Assembly: GCF_009914755.1 (NCBI RefSeq)
Contig: NC_060931.1
Direction: 5' to 3' (one strand)
Origin: the human T2T-CHM13v2.0 reference genome, Homo sapiens
DNA length: 64,000 bases
Shown piece by piece: positions 1 to 19,016 of the stretch. Position numbers and translations under genes: made by a program. The notes under the pieces were generated by a model. It saw nothing but the letters and a program-made list of their open reading frames with translations. It was not told the DNA's origin and searched no databases. Numbering within the stretch: position 1 is the first letter of the stretch; every line of letters begins with the position of its first letter.

Positions 1-288
<288 letters not shown>

Positions 289-864
289 AGTTAGTTTTCA
301 AAATTCACTTAACTTCCTTTAAGCATAAAAGGGAATTTATTGGAAGAGTCCTGGAGTATCACACAAAACCCAAGGCCAAGAACTACAGCCAGAGCTACGT
401 GAAGGCCTGGAACCACGAAGTGAGTGCAAAACCTTCAAAAACCTATTCAAGAGGTTATTTCATCCTCACTTTTCTCTCTCTGACTCTCTCTCGCTTGGTC
501 ATCTGGACTCTGCTTCTTTTTCCATATTTGATCCCTGCTGCTTTTTCTCTGTAGATCAGCTTTCGCTTCCTTGGCATGAGCAGCGACAAACATGGTGGCC
601 ACAAAATGGTAGACTTTGCTGCCTAGTTTGATGGGGAGACTTGAGGATGTTCCAACACCCAATAGTTGGTGGATAAGCTGAGAAGACTGGGTTAGGAAAG
701 TTGTGACATAGGCTGTGGCCAGGCCAGAGTCATGTGGTACCATTCCTGCTGTGGTTCATTTTAGCAGACAGGGATTTGGCTGTTAAGAAAAATTATCTCA
801 GATTTGGACATAAGGCAAAAGGAGGGCCTTGTTTCTTTCAATGTCATGTTGGAGTGGTGTTTAA

Positions 865-1183
<319 letters not shown>

Positions 1184-1238
1184 CCCTCAGTGTTCTTTAA
1201 GTATCCAGGGGAATGTACCTTTATTTGACTCACTTTCA

Positions 1239-2164
<926 letters not shown>

Positions 2165-2239
2165 TTGAAAGCTCATTTTAAAATAAATCATGGACTATAT
2201 GTTGTTTTGCATAAAATAAAATACTTTTATTTGTAAAAT

Positions 2240-3380
2240 AATAAAATACTACGTATCTAAATTTGTGAGATGCAACTAGAATGGCATTTGGGGGGAAATT
2301 TATAGCCTTAAATGCTTATATTATAAAATAAGAATGGCTAAAAGTCAAGGAACTGAGCATCTAAGATGTTAGTAAGAGAACATTAAAATAACCCAAAGAA
2401 AATAGAATAAGGAAAACAATAAAGACTTGAGGAGAAACTAATGAAATAGTAAACAAATATAGGCTAAAATATAAAATAAAAATGATTAATACAAAGAATT
2501 AGTTCTTTGATATGAGTAATAACATTAATAAACTTCTGTCAATATTGATAAAGATCTAAAGAGAGAAGACAGAAAGTCAATATTAGGAATAAAAAAAGGA
2601 GCAGGTAGCAGATGCAGCAGAGAGTATAACAATCATAAAAGACTACTGTAAACAAATTTATGCCAATAAAGCAGAAACAGGAGAAATAGAAAAATTAACA
2701 GGAAAATATTAAAGCTGATTTATTTATTAAAGCTGTTTTAAAATTAAAAGAGAATTTGAATAGTTCCATAATCATTAAATACGTGACTAGTATAACTAAT
2801 CTTTCCCTTAAGAAATTGCCAGCCTAAATAGTTTTAGAAGAAGGTTTTATCAGACTTGAAGAAACAGGTTACTAATATATTACACAAGCCCATGCAGAGA
2901 ATAGAGTAGAGGAAATGCTTCCCAACTGTGTTGATGAAGCTAGTAAAAAAATTTCCATACCAAAAGCAAATAGGTACAATATGAGAAAGGAAAATTATAG
3001 GCTGATCGTACTCAAGAACCTAGATGTGAACATCCTAAACAAAATATTAGCAAACTGAACAAATAATATTTACATATAAAAGACAACCAATCATGACTAC
3101 ACTGGAAAGAGGCTTATCCTAGAAATGGAAGACTGATTCACCACTTGAAATCTGATATACTTGACCATATTCACAAGTCAAATGAAAAAATCCACATGGC
3201 CTTCTCTCAAAAAAAGCAGAAAACTGTTCAATAAAATATCAATTTATGAAAAGGACTTTTAGAAAACCAGGAATTAAAAAAACTGAACGTGGTAAAGGAC
3301 ATCTATATACATACAATAACTTATAACAAACACTATACTTAATGATGAAATAGAAAAAACAGGAATAAGACAAGAGTTCC
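2240..3380 (+). mobile_element. Old L1 (L1M) ORF2 remnant, part 1
   Basis: A-rich degenerate ORF2 motifs (ggaaatttatagccttaaatgc, aacatcctaaacaaaatattagcaaactgaa, ggaataagacaag). Confidence 0.85.
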
Positions 3381-5170
<1,790 letters not shown>

Positions 5171-5171
5171 T

Positions 5172-6935
5172 AAAAAAGAAAGTCAAGGGCTTCTGCTTTC
5201 ACCCTTCTTAATCTATAATAAAGCAAAAAAAAAAAAAAGGTTTACAAGGTACAAGCATTAGAAAAGAAGACACAAAACTTGTTATTCATAGATGATATGA
5301 TTTTTGCATAGAAATATAGATAATTTGTTAGAGTTAATGAGAGTTTGGCAAGTTTGTCAACTATAAGCCCAATATAAACAAGTCAATTGCATTTTTATAC
5401 ACCAGTAACATTTGGAAAATGTAATTAGACAAACCTATCATTTACAACAGCAATAAAAATGTAAGGTACCTAGGAATCAATCTAATAAAAATGTGTAAAA
5501 TCTACACCGGTAAACTTGTCCAACTTTATTGAAAGTCTGTAAAGAGGACATAAATAAATGGAGAGTTCACAGTCTTGGAAATTGTGTCCATTTTTCCAAC
5601 TTTGTGCTCCAGATTTAAAGTATTTCCAATAAAAATACCAACATGGGTTTCATGGTAGTTGGCACGCTGATTCTAACATTTATGTGGAAGAGCAAAGGTC
5701 CAAGAATAGCCAACACAGTCTAGAAGAAAAAAGGACACAATGCAGGGATTTGCCTACAAGCTATTAAGTCTCATTATAAAGCAATAGTATTTACGACAGT
5801 AGGGTATTAGTGCGAGGATAGACAAAAAGACCATTGGAACAAAATAGAGAGGGAGGTACAGACCTAAGCATATTTGGAAACTGGATAGATGACAAAAAAA
5901 AGCATTAAGAAAAGTGGGGAAGTGCTAGACTATGTGATAATTATCCACATGGGAAAGAAATGAAACTGCAGTCCTATAGCACTCCAAGCGCAAAAATTAA
6001 TTCTAGACTGATTAAGGACTCAAAAGGCAAAGGCAAAATACACTTTAAGCCTTTTGGAAAAAACAGACCATCTTTAAGACCTCAAGGTAAGGAAGGATTT
6101 CTTAAACATGACACAAGCATACAAGCCATCCAGGAAAAGACTGATAAATGTTGCTACTTTAATTAAGAACTACCACAAGACCCTATAAAAAGAGTGAAAA
6201 TTTAAAGCTCCAAAGAGGGAGAAGATATTTGTATCACAGATGAACAAAAAAGATCATTACCCAGAATATAAAAATTGTTAAGAAAAAGAGCACATGATAT
6301 GCAAATAGAGAAGACAGTTATGAATAGGAACATTATAGAAGAGGAAACACAAATGAATAAAGGCATATGAAGAAATGTTCAACTTTATTATTAATTGGGA
6401 GAATGCAAATTAAAACAAAGCAGAGATGCTATTTTATACCACCTAACTGGCAAAAATCAATAATTCAGACAATACCAAAGGTGAGGAGCAAAGTACTACT
6501 AGTGGAAGTGTAAATTTGTAAAATTACTTTTGGGAAAAAATGGGCATTATCTAGAAAAGTGAAAGCTGCAAAATAACCGCATGACCCAGACATTTCACTA
6601 TTATACCCCAGAGAAACTCTCCAAATGAGCACCAGGAGAGATGCACGAGAATTTTCATAGCAGAATTGTTGCTAATAACAGAAAAACTGGGAACAACACA
6701 AATGTCCACCCAGGAGAAAATGAACACATACATTGTGCTACATACAGTGAAAAATAAATGAATTACAGTTCATGCATTAACCTGGAAAAAAAAAATCTCA
6801 GCAACAATGTTGAGTAGAAGAAGCAATTTGCAAACTAATGTAAACCCAGTGACTCTGTTTATATAAAGTTTGCAAATGTGCAAAACCAAATAGGGTTTTA
6901 TTCAGGGATACATAAATAGATGCTAAGATACTTGG
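5172..6935 (+). mobile_element. Old L1 (L1M) ORF2/3' remnant, part 2
   Basis: Continuation of ORF2-like sequence (ttattcatagatgatatga, tacctaggaatcaatctaa, caagaatagccaa, gaatgcaaattaaaac). Confidence 0.82.
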
Positions 6936-7327
6936 GGGAAGCCTCCTAAGAGACACATTATATAAGGTAGGCTGCTGGATGCACTTTGGGCAAGAGGACC
7001 CTTAGCTGCCTTTTTCGGAGATGATTGGACCTGGATCAGGACCCCAGGCATCCTCAGGGAGGCTCAGTTCCACCCATGTTCCTTGTTTCACCTGGGGAGT
7101 TACCAGAAATAACTCCACAAAGACCAGCCTGGCTGTCTGAACTCTCCCATCCCAACAGTCGGGGCCGGCTCATAGTCTCTATCTTCATTCTCAGTCCAAT
7201 GCTGGGCTCCAGGATTGAGCTGGGCCATATTTTAGGCAGAGAAAATGTATGGACCCCTAACTCGCAAATTTGGTGGCTTCACATGAATTTAGTCTTGTGT
7301 AAACCAATCACCCTGATTCCAGGGTTC

Positions 7328-7651
<324 letters not shown>

Positions 7652-8457
7652 CCAGGGTTCTTTTATCTTGCATCTACATTATACTGACATGATACGATTT
7701 TTAAATTTCAAAATCTAGGACGTGATGTGAGAGGTGTACCAGGGAACATTTGGGTACAATCAGAGCGAATGTTAGGAAACCTGGTCCCGTCCGTTCCGTA
7801 GCCACGGGAAGATTGGCAGGGATCATGTGTCATGTGGGCTGCAGCTGCTTCTGCTCCCCATTGAGTGGAGTCACATGGAGCTCTGGTGGCTGTCCCCCTT
7901 CCTTCCTTGCCAAGGCTGTCTTCCCTGGCAGGTCTGCCTGGTCTCTTCCGCCTCACCATCCCCCACTTCCCTCCTTTCCCATCCCCTGTTCTGGTGGAAT
8001 ATTGAAGGGTAGGAGCGAGGATGACTTCTCCATGTTGACTTGGTTTGGGACAGGGAGTGTATTTCTGGAAGAATATTTCTAGCCTGAGCTGCTTTTTCCT
8101 TCCGAGTAAGGCAATTTGAAAGCACTGGTCTTCCATGAAAAGTTGACTAAGAAAAGATGTAATTTCTATGAAGTTTGGGCACCTGATTGAAACCGTATTC
8201 AATCAAAGGTCAAGGTCCTAACAGTGGTATGATGTGAGATGTACAAACAAATACACACATAATTATGGGAGGGCCAAAATGCAAACACGGACCTGCTTGC
8301 AAATTGGTGAGTAGGGAACTGCCTGAGAGAGGCTCATTCGGAGCTTGTGAGTCAGGGATGTTAATAACGCCCGGTGATGCTGTGAGTCCAAAAATAGTGA
8401 GCACTAAAGTAGCAGTGAACTTTCAAACTTTTTCTGAGTTTATATGCAATGGTCTTA

Positions 8458-8826
<369 letters not shown>

Positions 8827-10099
8827 TCAGGGAGTCCGGTATGGTTGATGTTAAAGACAGTCATGTGAGGTTCCTTCCTCCAAGTAAAGAACCACATGAG
8901 GGTGTTTCCTGTAGATGATTCTGCCTTCGCCTTAATGTGCTTCTCCCTACAGTCTCACTAATCTCATTAATTAAGCTCCTTAATTATCTTCCCATCCCAA
9001 ATCCCAGCTTTCTTCCTCTATTACCCAGTTCCCACCAAGGGAACTTCTGGTTTTTCAGTCAAGTCACAGAAACTTTGGAATCCTCTATGATAACTCTTCC
9101 TTACACGTCACACCTTATATCTAATCTGTCCTCCAGGCAGTAATGATTTCTTCCTTAAAAATGAAACACTTGCTTTAACTCTTATTCTAACCCCCACCAC
9201 TGTAACAGCTTTCGTGGAGAATCCTTGATCAGTCTATCAGCCTCCTAAGAGGCTTTGCTCTAACCACCCTGCATCTCTCTGTCAAGTTGTTCTTATCAAA
9301 ACACTGCTTTTGTTATGTCCTTACTTAAGAACACAAAATACCTCCCCATTGCCACCTCTGTTCTCCCCTCGATGGCTCTCTACCCATTCAACCCTATTGT
9401 TTTGCGGTTACTCATGGTCTGTACTTTCTGTTCTAGTCCGGAGAGGATCTGAATTCTCCACCTCTGCTCACGCAATTCCTCCCTCCCTGACTCAGGTCTG
9501 CTTGGTCTTCCTCCTTCTCCTGCTGTATTCTCACTACCATTATCATAATTTGGGCTTTATTGCACAATCTTTCGCCTCTAGCTTACAGCCTCGTAGTCTC
9601 AGGATAGTGGTAGCGGGGAAGGAGAAGAAAGGTGGTAGGGGAAGAGAGAGGCTCATTTCTACCCCTGTAATGGGCTGGTCCTAGCCACCTTGCCGTTAGT
9701 CCTGTCCCCTCTTCCCACTACTTCTGTAACAAACCAGCTCTTGAACTTCCTTTCTTTGAGACTCAGCTTTCCAGAGAGGCCCCCCAAGAGTCACATTGCA
9801 CTCGCTTGCCTCCGAGCTCCTTCAGCCCCTGTGGGCACAGGTTCTATGTCTCAGGTGCTTTATGGGAAAACAGGGCGTGCGATTGTTCTCCTCCTGGTCA
9901 TGCCTAACTGTCCGTGGACCGGATGGTTAAGATGATCCACTTAAAGATTTGCTAGCAGAACTCACATCTCATGGACACTCCAAGCACTTCCTAGGCTTCC
10001 CTAATTAGCCTCCTGCATTGGCTGATGGCAGAAGGAAACATTTGCACCCTGTTGCCTCCTAAGCATTGGTTGGTCAGATTTCCTCTCTCCCACCTCATC

Positions 10100-10430
10100 C
10101 TTTATGTGTTGAATGTTTGCTGAGCACCTACTTTGTGCCAGGTGATACATTCTAGTCTTTAAGGATTCACATGAATGAAGTGCACCCCTAGCCTTCAAGA
10201 GCTTACAGTTTAGGAGAAAGTGGACACGCAGAAGACAATGATAGTACAGGGTGATTAATGCTTTGATAACAGGCACAGGAAATTATGAAGGAACATAATG
10301 ACAGGCACTCAATGCTGTAGAGAGGAGTCAGAGAAGGCTTCTTGAAAGAGGTGACAACTTTCTTGAATCTTAAGAATGAATAGGGCTTAGGCAGGTGAGG
10401 AAGGCAAAATAGTGCTATGGAGTGGGGAGG
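10100..10430 (-). mobile_element. L2 3' fragment
   Basis: tgagcacctactttgtgccagg...ccttcaagagcttacagtttagg...gaaggcttcttgaaagaggtgaca resembles the reverse L2 3' end. Confidence 0.7.
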
Positions 10431-10544
10431 AAGGTGGAAGAAGACTCCAGCCTTCCCAGCCCCTCCTTTGCTCTCTCCTTTGTCTCTGGTACCTTAGGAA
10501 ACCTGGCTGGGAATATAGAAAAAACCACAGCAGTAGCTTAGCTA

Positions 10545-10690
10545 GAAGGAAGGAGGAGGAGGAGAAAAAGAAGAGGAGGAGGAAGAAGAAGAGAGGATGG
10601 AGGAAGAGGAGGAAGAAGAAGAGAGGATGGAGGAAGAGGAGGAAGAGAAAGAAAAGAAGAAAGAAGGAGTAGGAGTAGGAGAAGGAAGAA
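10545..10690. repeat. GA-rich polypurine tract with an internal 30-bp tandem duplication
   Basis: Almost pure A/G; gaggaagaagaagagaggatggaggaagag occurs twice in tandem. Confidence 0.92.
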
Positions 10691-11545
10691 GTGGCACACA
10701 AGTCTATAGAGTAGGGTAGATCAACAGTAGGCATCCGTGAAGGACTAGACAGATGCCTCAACTTCTTCATTTTAACCCAGAGAGTGACAGCCCAGGTCAA
10801 GATGTTTTGTTGCTTCAATGGCTTAAATAGCCACGGTTGTCATAGATATTCATTCCTACATTTGCCTATGTTTGCGGTATCTCAGACATAAGAACTAACC
10901 ATACCATGTCCAATAGTAAGCTCACAAGTAGTGGAGCACCCACGAAGTTAAAATGTTGCTTCTAAGAGACTGTAGTACACCAGCATCACATTTAAAAGTA
11001 CAAATTATGGAGAACCCAGTGAGAGATGTCAGGTGCATTTGTCATTTGTGTTCTTTTTCCAAAAGGACTTTTTTAAAATCTTAAAATATAGTTGCAAATT
11101 ATATAGTTGTATCTTCATAATATTGAGTTTGCACAAACTTATTCAAAGTTTACTATGCAGTTTGGGAAACTAGCTTTAGTTTCCCAAAGAAAGACTTTCT
11201 TGGGCCTGGCTAATTTTGCTTTTTTTTTTTTTTTTTTTCCCAGTTCATGGCTGGTTGGTGTGGGGCTGCAAAGCAGGGACTGTGAGCTGACAGTTCCTTG
11301 TTTCTCTCCTAGGAGTAGGGGCCTCATGGGTTGAGAGGGTAGAATGCCAGACAGTGGCCCCTACATGACGTGCTTAGAGCAGCCTAGTTCATGTTATGAT
11401 GTTTTCTACGAGTGGCTTTAACAGCTTGTGTTAAGCAAGGGAAACATCATTTAATCTCTCTCTCTCTCTTTTTTTTTACCATATTCTTTTAAAAAATTAC
11501 CATTTGCTTTTAAAAATAGGTAATACTTGCACAATTCAAAAGTGA

Positions 11546-11934
<389 letters not shown>

Positions 11935-13092
11935 TCAAGAGGTATTTTTAAAGTGGGTACAAACAAATATGAATCTATATTCTTTCCTCTTCCAACTTTT
12001 AAAAAACAACTAGCAGTGTTCTCTACACACTCTCTTGTACCTTACTTTTTTCTCTTGACATCGTATCTTGAAGACATTTCTACATTAGTTCTTGATAAGT
12101 TTGTTCATTCCTTTTTAGAGCTGCATAGCATTCTATTTTGTGGCTGTGCCACAGTTTTTAAAATCGGTGTCTTCTTGATGTACACCTAAGCTGATTACAG
12201 TCTTTCGCTCTTGTGTACAATACTTCTGGATAACATTGTAGGTAGGTCACTTTGCACATGTTAAAAAAATAACGGTAGGATAAATTCCTGGAAGTGGAAT
12301 TCTTGGGCCAAAAGGAACATGCCTTTCTGATTTAATAAATTTTGCCAAATTGCTTCCAAACAGTTTGTATCAGTTTACACTCCCACTAGCCATAAGTTAC
12401 AGGCTTCTGCCTTACTAAACTTTTGTATTCTTGCCAACTTGTTAAGTGGGAAATTGGCATCTCATTGGCTTTAATTTGCATCTTTTATTATGACAGAGGT
12501 AGAACATTTGTATTTCCTTTTGGTGGGCTCTCCTTTGTCCAGTTTTGTTTGCGTCTTTGGCCTTTTTCTTGTCAATTTGTAAGAATTTTTCGTATAATGG
12601 GATGTGAGTTGCAAATATTTTTCAATTTGTCATTTCTCTTTGCCTGTAATATGTCATTTGACTGTTTTATTTTTATCCATGCAGATGTTTTAATTTTTAT
12701 GGTGTACAATTTTTATATCTTTTATTTCACGACATCTGGATTTTGAATCATTCAGGGAGGGTCTTACCCATTCTGAGCTTATAAAAGAATTCTCCATGTT
12801 TTCTGGTAGGTTGCTTTCTTGGTCATTACATTTAAATTCTCGTTCCGTTTGAAAATTATCCTGGTGTATGGCATAAGGTATGGTTTAAAAACATTTTCCA
12901 GAAAGTGTATCCAGTTGTAATAGCACCATTCATTGAAAAGTTCATGTTTCTCCCACCGAGTTCCCAAACTTATCATATATCAAATCTTTATGTAATTGAG
13001 AATATTTCTGTGTTTTCTATGTTGTTACATTAGTCTGTCTGATGATTTATAGTCTAGTGCCACATAATTTAACAATTTGAGGCTTAACAGCA

Positions 13093-13392
13093 TTTTTTTT
13101 TTTTTAAAGAGACAAGATCTTACTCTGTTGCCTCGGCTGGAGGGCAGTGGCATAATCATAGCTTACTGCAGCCTTGAACTTCTGGGCTCAAGTGATCCTC
13201 CCACATCAGTCTCCCAAGTAGCTGGGAGTGTAGGCACACACCACCATGTCCAGCTAGTTTTATTTAATTTTTGATAGAGCTTAAGTCTTGCTATGTTGCC
13301 CAGGCTTGTCTTGAACCCCTGGCTTCAAGCGATCCTCCCACTTTGGTCTCCCAAAGTTTTGGGACTACAGGCATGAGCCACTGCACCCAGCC
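13093..13392 (-). mobile_element. AluJ-like
   Basis: Diverged Alu with gcttactgcagccttgaacttctgggctcaagtgatcctccc. Confidence 0.92.
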
Positions 13393-14269
13393 AACAGTGT
13401 ACATTAATATCACTCTTTGCTCTTGCTTTTCAGAATTTTCCTACTTGATTCCTCTTGGAGGACTTTAGAATTATCTTGTCTAGCTCCAGAAAATGAGAAG
13501 TCTATTGGTAGTTATATTGGTATAATGTTTAATTTGTGAATTTCTTTAGAGAGTATTGATATATCACAACACAGTTCATCTATTTGTTCAAATCTTATTT
13601 CTTTTTTCCTTCAGAACTGTTTTCAAGTTTGTTTCCTATAGCTGTGGAATTTTTGGGTTAAGTTTATTTTATCTTCTTTCTCTCTGGTTCCTATTATAAA
13701 TGGAGGCTTTCTCCCTTATTATATCTTCTGACTGGTAATTACTTTGTTTATTAATTCTGTAGCCTGCTATGTTATTAAATATTCTTATTGTTTACTATAG
13801 GTTTCCTGTCAGTTTTCTTGAGTTTTCTGGTGTATCATCATAGAATTTTTAAATAGTGATGACTTCTTCCTTTCCAATTTTTATGTCCCTAACTACTTTC
13901 TCTTGTCTTGTTCTGGGCAAGTTCATAGAATGGCTCATTGGTAATACACATGTCAAGCAAGTTGGCTGTGATGGAGAGAGTTGGGGCGCATTTGCATAAG
14001 GAACACAGGTGTCTCTAGGGAGGGACTGCATTGAGACCTTAAAACTTTCTGGATAAAGTGGAATGTTGTTACAACATATGTTATAAATGGAATTGGCCCA
14101 GCAGATGCCAGAGGGCAGGAGAGGAGCACAGGAGGCTCTGAGGGAGAAGTCACCATAGGATGGGAGTCTGGCCCAGGGTTTAGAGAGGGCCACGGTGTTT
14201 GGCTGATTCTGGAACTATCCTTGACCTGTCTATCCTAGAGCCATGAATGTGACTTTGGGTATAAAATGG

Positions 14270-14273
<4 letters not shown>

Positions 14274-14320
<47 letters not shown>

Positions 14321-14343
14321 TGTGTGTCTGTCTGTCTGTCTGT
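14274..14343. repeat. (TG)n microsatellite followed by (TCTG)n
   Basis: Directly visible. Confidence 0.97.
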
Positions 14344-15989
14344 CTTCCTGTGGATATGCATGGGAAGAGTGGGTTATTAAGAACTGTAACACTTGAAGCA
14401 CAGTATCTTTCCCCCTTTCACAGGACGTACCATGGCTGTGGACCCCACTGGGGGATGACGGGCCTTTGTATAGTCCTTGGTGGCACTGCACCTTGGGCTG
14501 TCTTTATGTCTATGGGATGGAGCCTCCATTACCCTACCTGTGACTCCCAGGATAAATGGATCTATTTTGGGCTCCTGGGCTCCTGGATTGGAAGTAGCAT
14601 CATTTAGGAGCAGAGGCATCAAGGATGGAGAACAGGGCTTTTGGGCAGACTGAGTAGTGCACAGAAGCTCTCTACCTCCAGACTTCCAACCCACAGAGCC
14701 CCATGCTAGAGTCAAAGTGTTCCTTCTCTTCCCACCCTGCACAAGTGGCATTAGTGGATGTCATACAAGGTCCTTTCATAGCAGCCATACTGCTTATTAG
14801 TTTACTGTGTGTTTGCTGACATTTAGTGAATTCTCACTATTATCACTAGACAGGAAGGATGATTAGAAGGACAAAGAGTAGATCAAGTGACACATGAAAT
14901 GCTTGCCAAGTAACAAGGAGACAAGGAAAAGTGGCTAATGAAACCAAAGAAATTTGCAGCTGTGACAAGAGGATGACACCATTGTCAGAAGTCTTGGGTT
15001 AATGTGGGTTCATGTGACAACTAGGAGTGTGTTCAGAATCTTAAATTCTGTATGTGATAGAAGTGTTGCTGCTGAAGCATCGCAAGTGTTAGATGGCCAC
15101 ACAAGTTCAAGGCCTGTTCAAGCCGGCTCAACATCAAAGAGCGAATTCGAGGGAGTGAGAGCAGATACGGTGCCCTGGAGATCACAGCTGCTGAGAATTT
15201 TAAGATACTTGCAGTGGCCATCCAGAAAGGGGGGTCTCTCCCTCAACAGGTTTTTAGTGTAGGTGACATTGGCTTAGTCTCAGGAAGATTGCCCCAAGGG
15301 ACATTTATCATCCACAAGTGTTGTGAAAGCTTCACATTGTTGAATTACAATCCCATCCGTGGCAGTGACTCCAGAGATGGCCTGTTAACTTTACACAAAT
15401 GGTCCTTTGAAGTCTGATCTGCTTTTAGCAGGAAAGCTTGTGTCCCTGGCTGCCATGTGGTGAGAGCAGCCTGAGCTGCCCTTTGGTCTGCATATGCAAC
15501 CCTGAGGTTTCTTGAAATATTTTTTGGAAGGGAGTTCTGGAAGTAGGCCTTGACTTCTTACTAACTTGGGCAGCTGGGGGGTTAGAGGCGTTATAAGAAA
15601 GTGACTTTCTTTTGCATTGTAGGCTGGTGAAGTGGAACATAGCGGTTATATCTTGCCCTTTCCTAACTGTGTTAACTTTCTGGGTACCGTGTTCTCGTTG
15701 CAACGTGTAACAGAGGCAATGTACTAGACCCCAAAATATGCAATGATGAAGCCTTCTGATTTTGCAGACACCTTATTTCTCAAGAGAGGGAGAGCCACGG
15801 TTGTGAAATCACCAAAACTGATGGGAAGCTCCGCTGGTGGCGGCCCTCTCAAACAGCAGATGCATGACTCCCGATTCTCAGCCAGGATCTGGTGCCTCAC
15901 GTGCGAGGATGAAAAGAACCAGAAGACTTGGTCAGGAGCCTTCAATGATGGCCACATATCAGAATTTTAAGAGCTCATGAAGTACTTAT

Positions 15990-16325
15990 AAATCCACGTT
16001 GCTCAGGCCTCTTCTATTAGAAATCCTAAATCAGTGGGTCTGGGTTGGGGCCCAGCGAATGACTCAGATGTCCTGCCAGGATTAGAAACCACTGATCTAG
16101 ACTGGTCCCAACACAGTCTCTAGGGTGCTGAGTGACCTTTGGGAAGTCACTTCACTTCCCTGGACGGTGGCTTCCTCACCTCTTAAATAAGAACTTGGAC
16201 TGGATGTATTTAAACCTGGCTGCAAGTCAGCAATTTCCAGGGAGCTTCAGAAATACAGATTTCCCAGACCCAGGAACCTGTATTTTTAGGAAAGTCTCCA
16301 AGAGATTCTGATGCAGCCAGTCACC
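15990..16325. mobile_element. MER5-family and MIR fragments
   Basis: tcagtgggtctgggttggggccc...gattagaaaccactg (MER5-like); gtgacctttgggaagtcacttcacttc (MIR core); gattctgatgcagcc. Confidence 0.55.
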
Positions 16326-17744
16326 AGGTAGGGCCCACTTGACTCAGTGGTGACCTGAGTTCCTTTGAATTCTCATGTACCTGAATTCATGTAAAAGGAT
16401 GAGCTCAAGTTGCTAAACTTACATCTGTGTCAGCAATTGTCATGATTTACCCACATGCTATGTCTGTTTGAGATTATTCTCTGGTTTAGGTATGAACACT
16501 TTTCCTTCCTCTGTTGACTTCATGCTGCTAGCACATAATAGATGGCTCAGAAACAAAGTGAGTAGATGAATGAACAAATGAAGTCCTTAAGGGCAGAGAA
16601 CATGCCTTCTGGTTATTATGAACCTCCCACTGTGCTGAGAAGTGCTGGTGAACACAGTAGATACTAATAAGTGTTTGAGAGTGCAATAGACATACACATT
16701 TTTGCCATTATAGAAGGTGGAAGATCAAGCAGGCAGAGTGGACCTCAGATGATAGTGCCTGGGTTGGTTTTTTTTTTTTTTTTTTTTTTCTTTTTAGTAT
16801 GAGTGTTTTGTGGTCAAGGCAAAGTCTATGTAGGCAGTATCAGAACGCACGGGGTTGAGGTAAACGCACCTAGATGAATCTGTGCATTTCCCTTCCTTGT
16901 GCACAGAAGTCCCAGGGCCAGCAAACCATAGGCAGGCAAGAAAAGATGGCACCCTCATTGTCCCAGGGGAGCCTCCCATCCAGCTCAACACTGCAGGGCT
17001 GCTAGTGAGTGTTGCTTGGCCCTGCCCTCAGGGGAGCTGGATTCCTTCCCTGCAGCATGGCCTAGAGAAGCAGGAGAGGAGCGTTGTACTTTGGTCTTTG
17101 GATGGTGGAGCAGTGTCACATCACAGCCCTATTGTGTCCTGGAGATCACAGCCTGGTAGATGAGGCTGGAGCTGTGTCCTGTGAGGCCACTGCTGCCTGC
17201 AGCCCTTCTGGGCTGAACTGAAGAAAGAGAGAAAGTAGTCTTGCAACTTCCTCCTGTCACCCGCCCTCACCTCGGGTGCTCCCAGCAGGGATGGAGCTGT
17301 TTTCATCAGAGCCAGCGTGCTCAGCCAGTTCCTGCCTCTTCAATGCTGGGATGGCTACAAATCATCTTTTACCTTGGGATAGACAGTCTTAGAATTTACA
17401 ACACATATTTATATCCATTGTCATATTGAATCATACATAGTAGGTTATTTATTAGCTTTGCAGGGTGGTGAAGTAAAAACCATATTTTTCTAACACCCTT
17501 GGTCAGAAGCATGTATGGCATCCGCCCCCTCGACTCACTAAAGGCTGGCTCTGCTGAACCTTTTCCCTCCCTGCACTCAACAGAGAATATTTATTAGAAC
17601 AGCAGGCTCTTCGGGCCTCTCTGACACTTCATTTTGTCTTGGAAGTTGGTGATGATTGAGCCAGTGATTTAAAAGCCAGGATGCATCTGGGAAGGTCATT
17701 AGAGAAGAACATATCTATTCATAAACTTAATAATAAATTCACAG

Positions 17745-17915
17745 CAATAACTAATATCTATATAGGGTCTATTCGGAGCTGGCTGCTCTAAGCCCTTTCA
17801 GGTTCATAGATGAGAAAATGAGGCTGTGCTGGGGAGATGAGTTGCCTGAAGTCACGTGTGGTTGTGACAGAGTCAGAGTGTTCTCAGTCTTGGTCTTTCG
17901 CCACACTATGCTACT
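17745..17915 (-). mobile_element. MIR fragment
   Basis: atagatgagaaaatgaggct...ttgcctgaagtcac matches the MIR core. Confidence 0.6.
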
Positions 17916-17992
17916 TCCTCAGATGCCTTTGTAGAGGGTCCCCTTTATTTTCTTTGCCCTCTTTCTTGCTCCCAGCACTTTAAAAAAATTGA

Positions 17993-18325
<333 letters not shown>

Positions 18326-19016
18326 CTTTAGCAAATATGTCTTGAGGGCCACATGCACAGATGTGCCTGACTGCCAGCTTCCTTGTCACACCGCAGATCA
18401 TTTCCACGTGGTAAACGGATGCATTAGTGAGAGGATGGCCCTGACAAGTCACTTTGCACGTGCTGGGATACAGTAACTGGCCAAGTTCAGAGCATTTTTG
18501 TATATTAAGAGAAATAGTGAGTTGTAAGAGCACTTTTTGGTGTGGAATATAGCTAATCCATAAAAAGGCCCCTTTCAAGCTCTGCTTCGAGAGCTGAACT
18601 TCTCTGTGATTGAGGAAAAGTTCAAAGGGAAATCACTCTGCACCTTCATCTCCTCCTTTCCCACTTCCACCACCCATGGCCAGCCTCTCCCCACATTCTC
18701 CATGAATGCTTGAGATAGCATGCTAACCAAAGGCTCTCCCAGCTTCCAGCACCCCTACCTTCCAAGCCAAACCACCCAGTTTAATCTTCTAGAACTGCAG
18801 TTCTTCTCACATCATTCTCCTACACAAAAAACCTTGTCAGCTCCCCCACTGCCAAATCTTACCATGCTATGCAAGGCCCCAGCCTACGTTTCCAGCCTTG
18901 TTTTCTATGTTCCCTCTTGGCTTCTTATGCTCCAAAAACTCGGAGTGCATTTGCTTTTCCTTGAAAGTGTCCTGTGTTTTCCCACCTTTGTGCTTTTGCT
19001 CTCTATCCTCTGCATC

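Noticed and set aside
10387-10818. 143-aa F/L-rich and 86-aa K/R/E-rich ORFs
   Set aside because: Artefacts of the GA-rich low-complexity tract.
14940-15970. Cluster of 60-90 aa ORFs suggesting a processed pseudogene
   Set aside because: No recognisable protein similarity, poly(A) tail or TSD; ORFs of this size on both strands are expected by chance.
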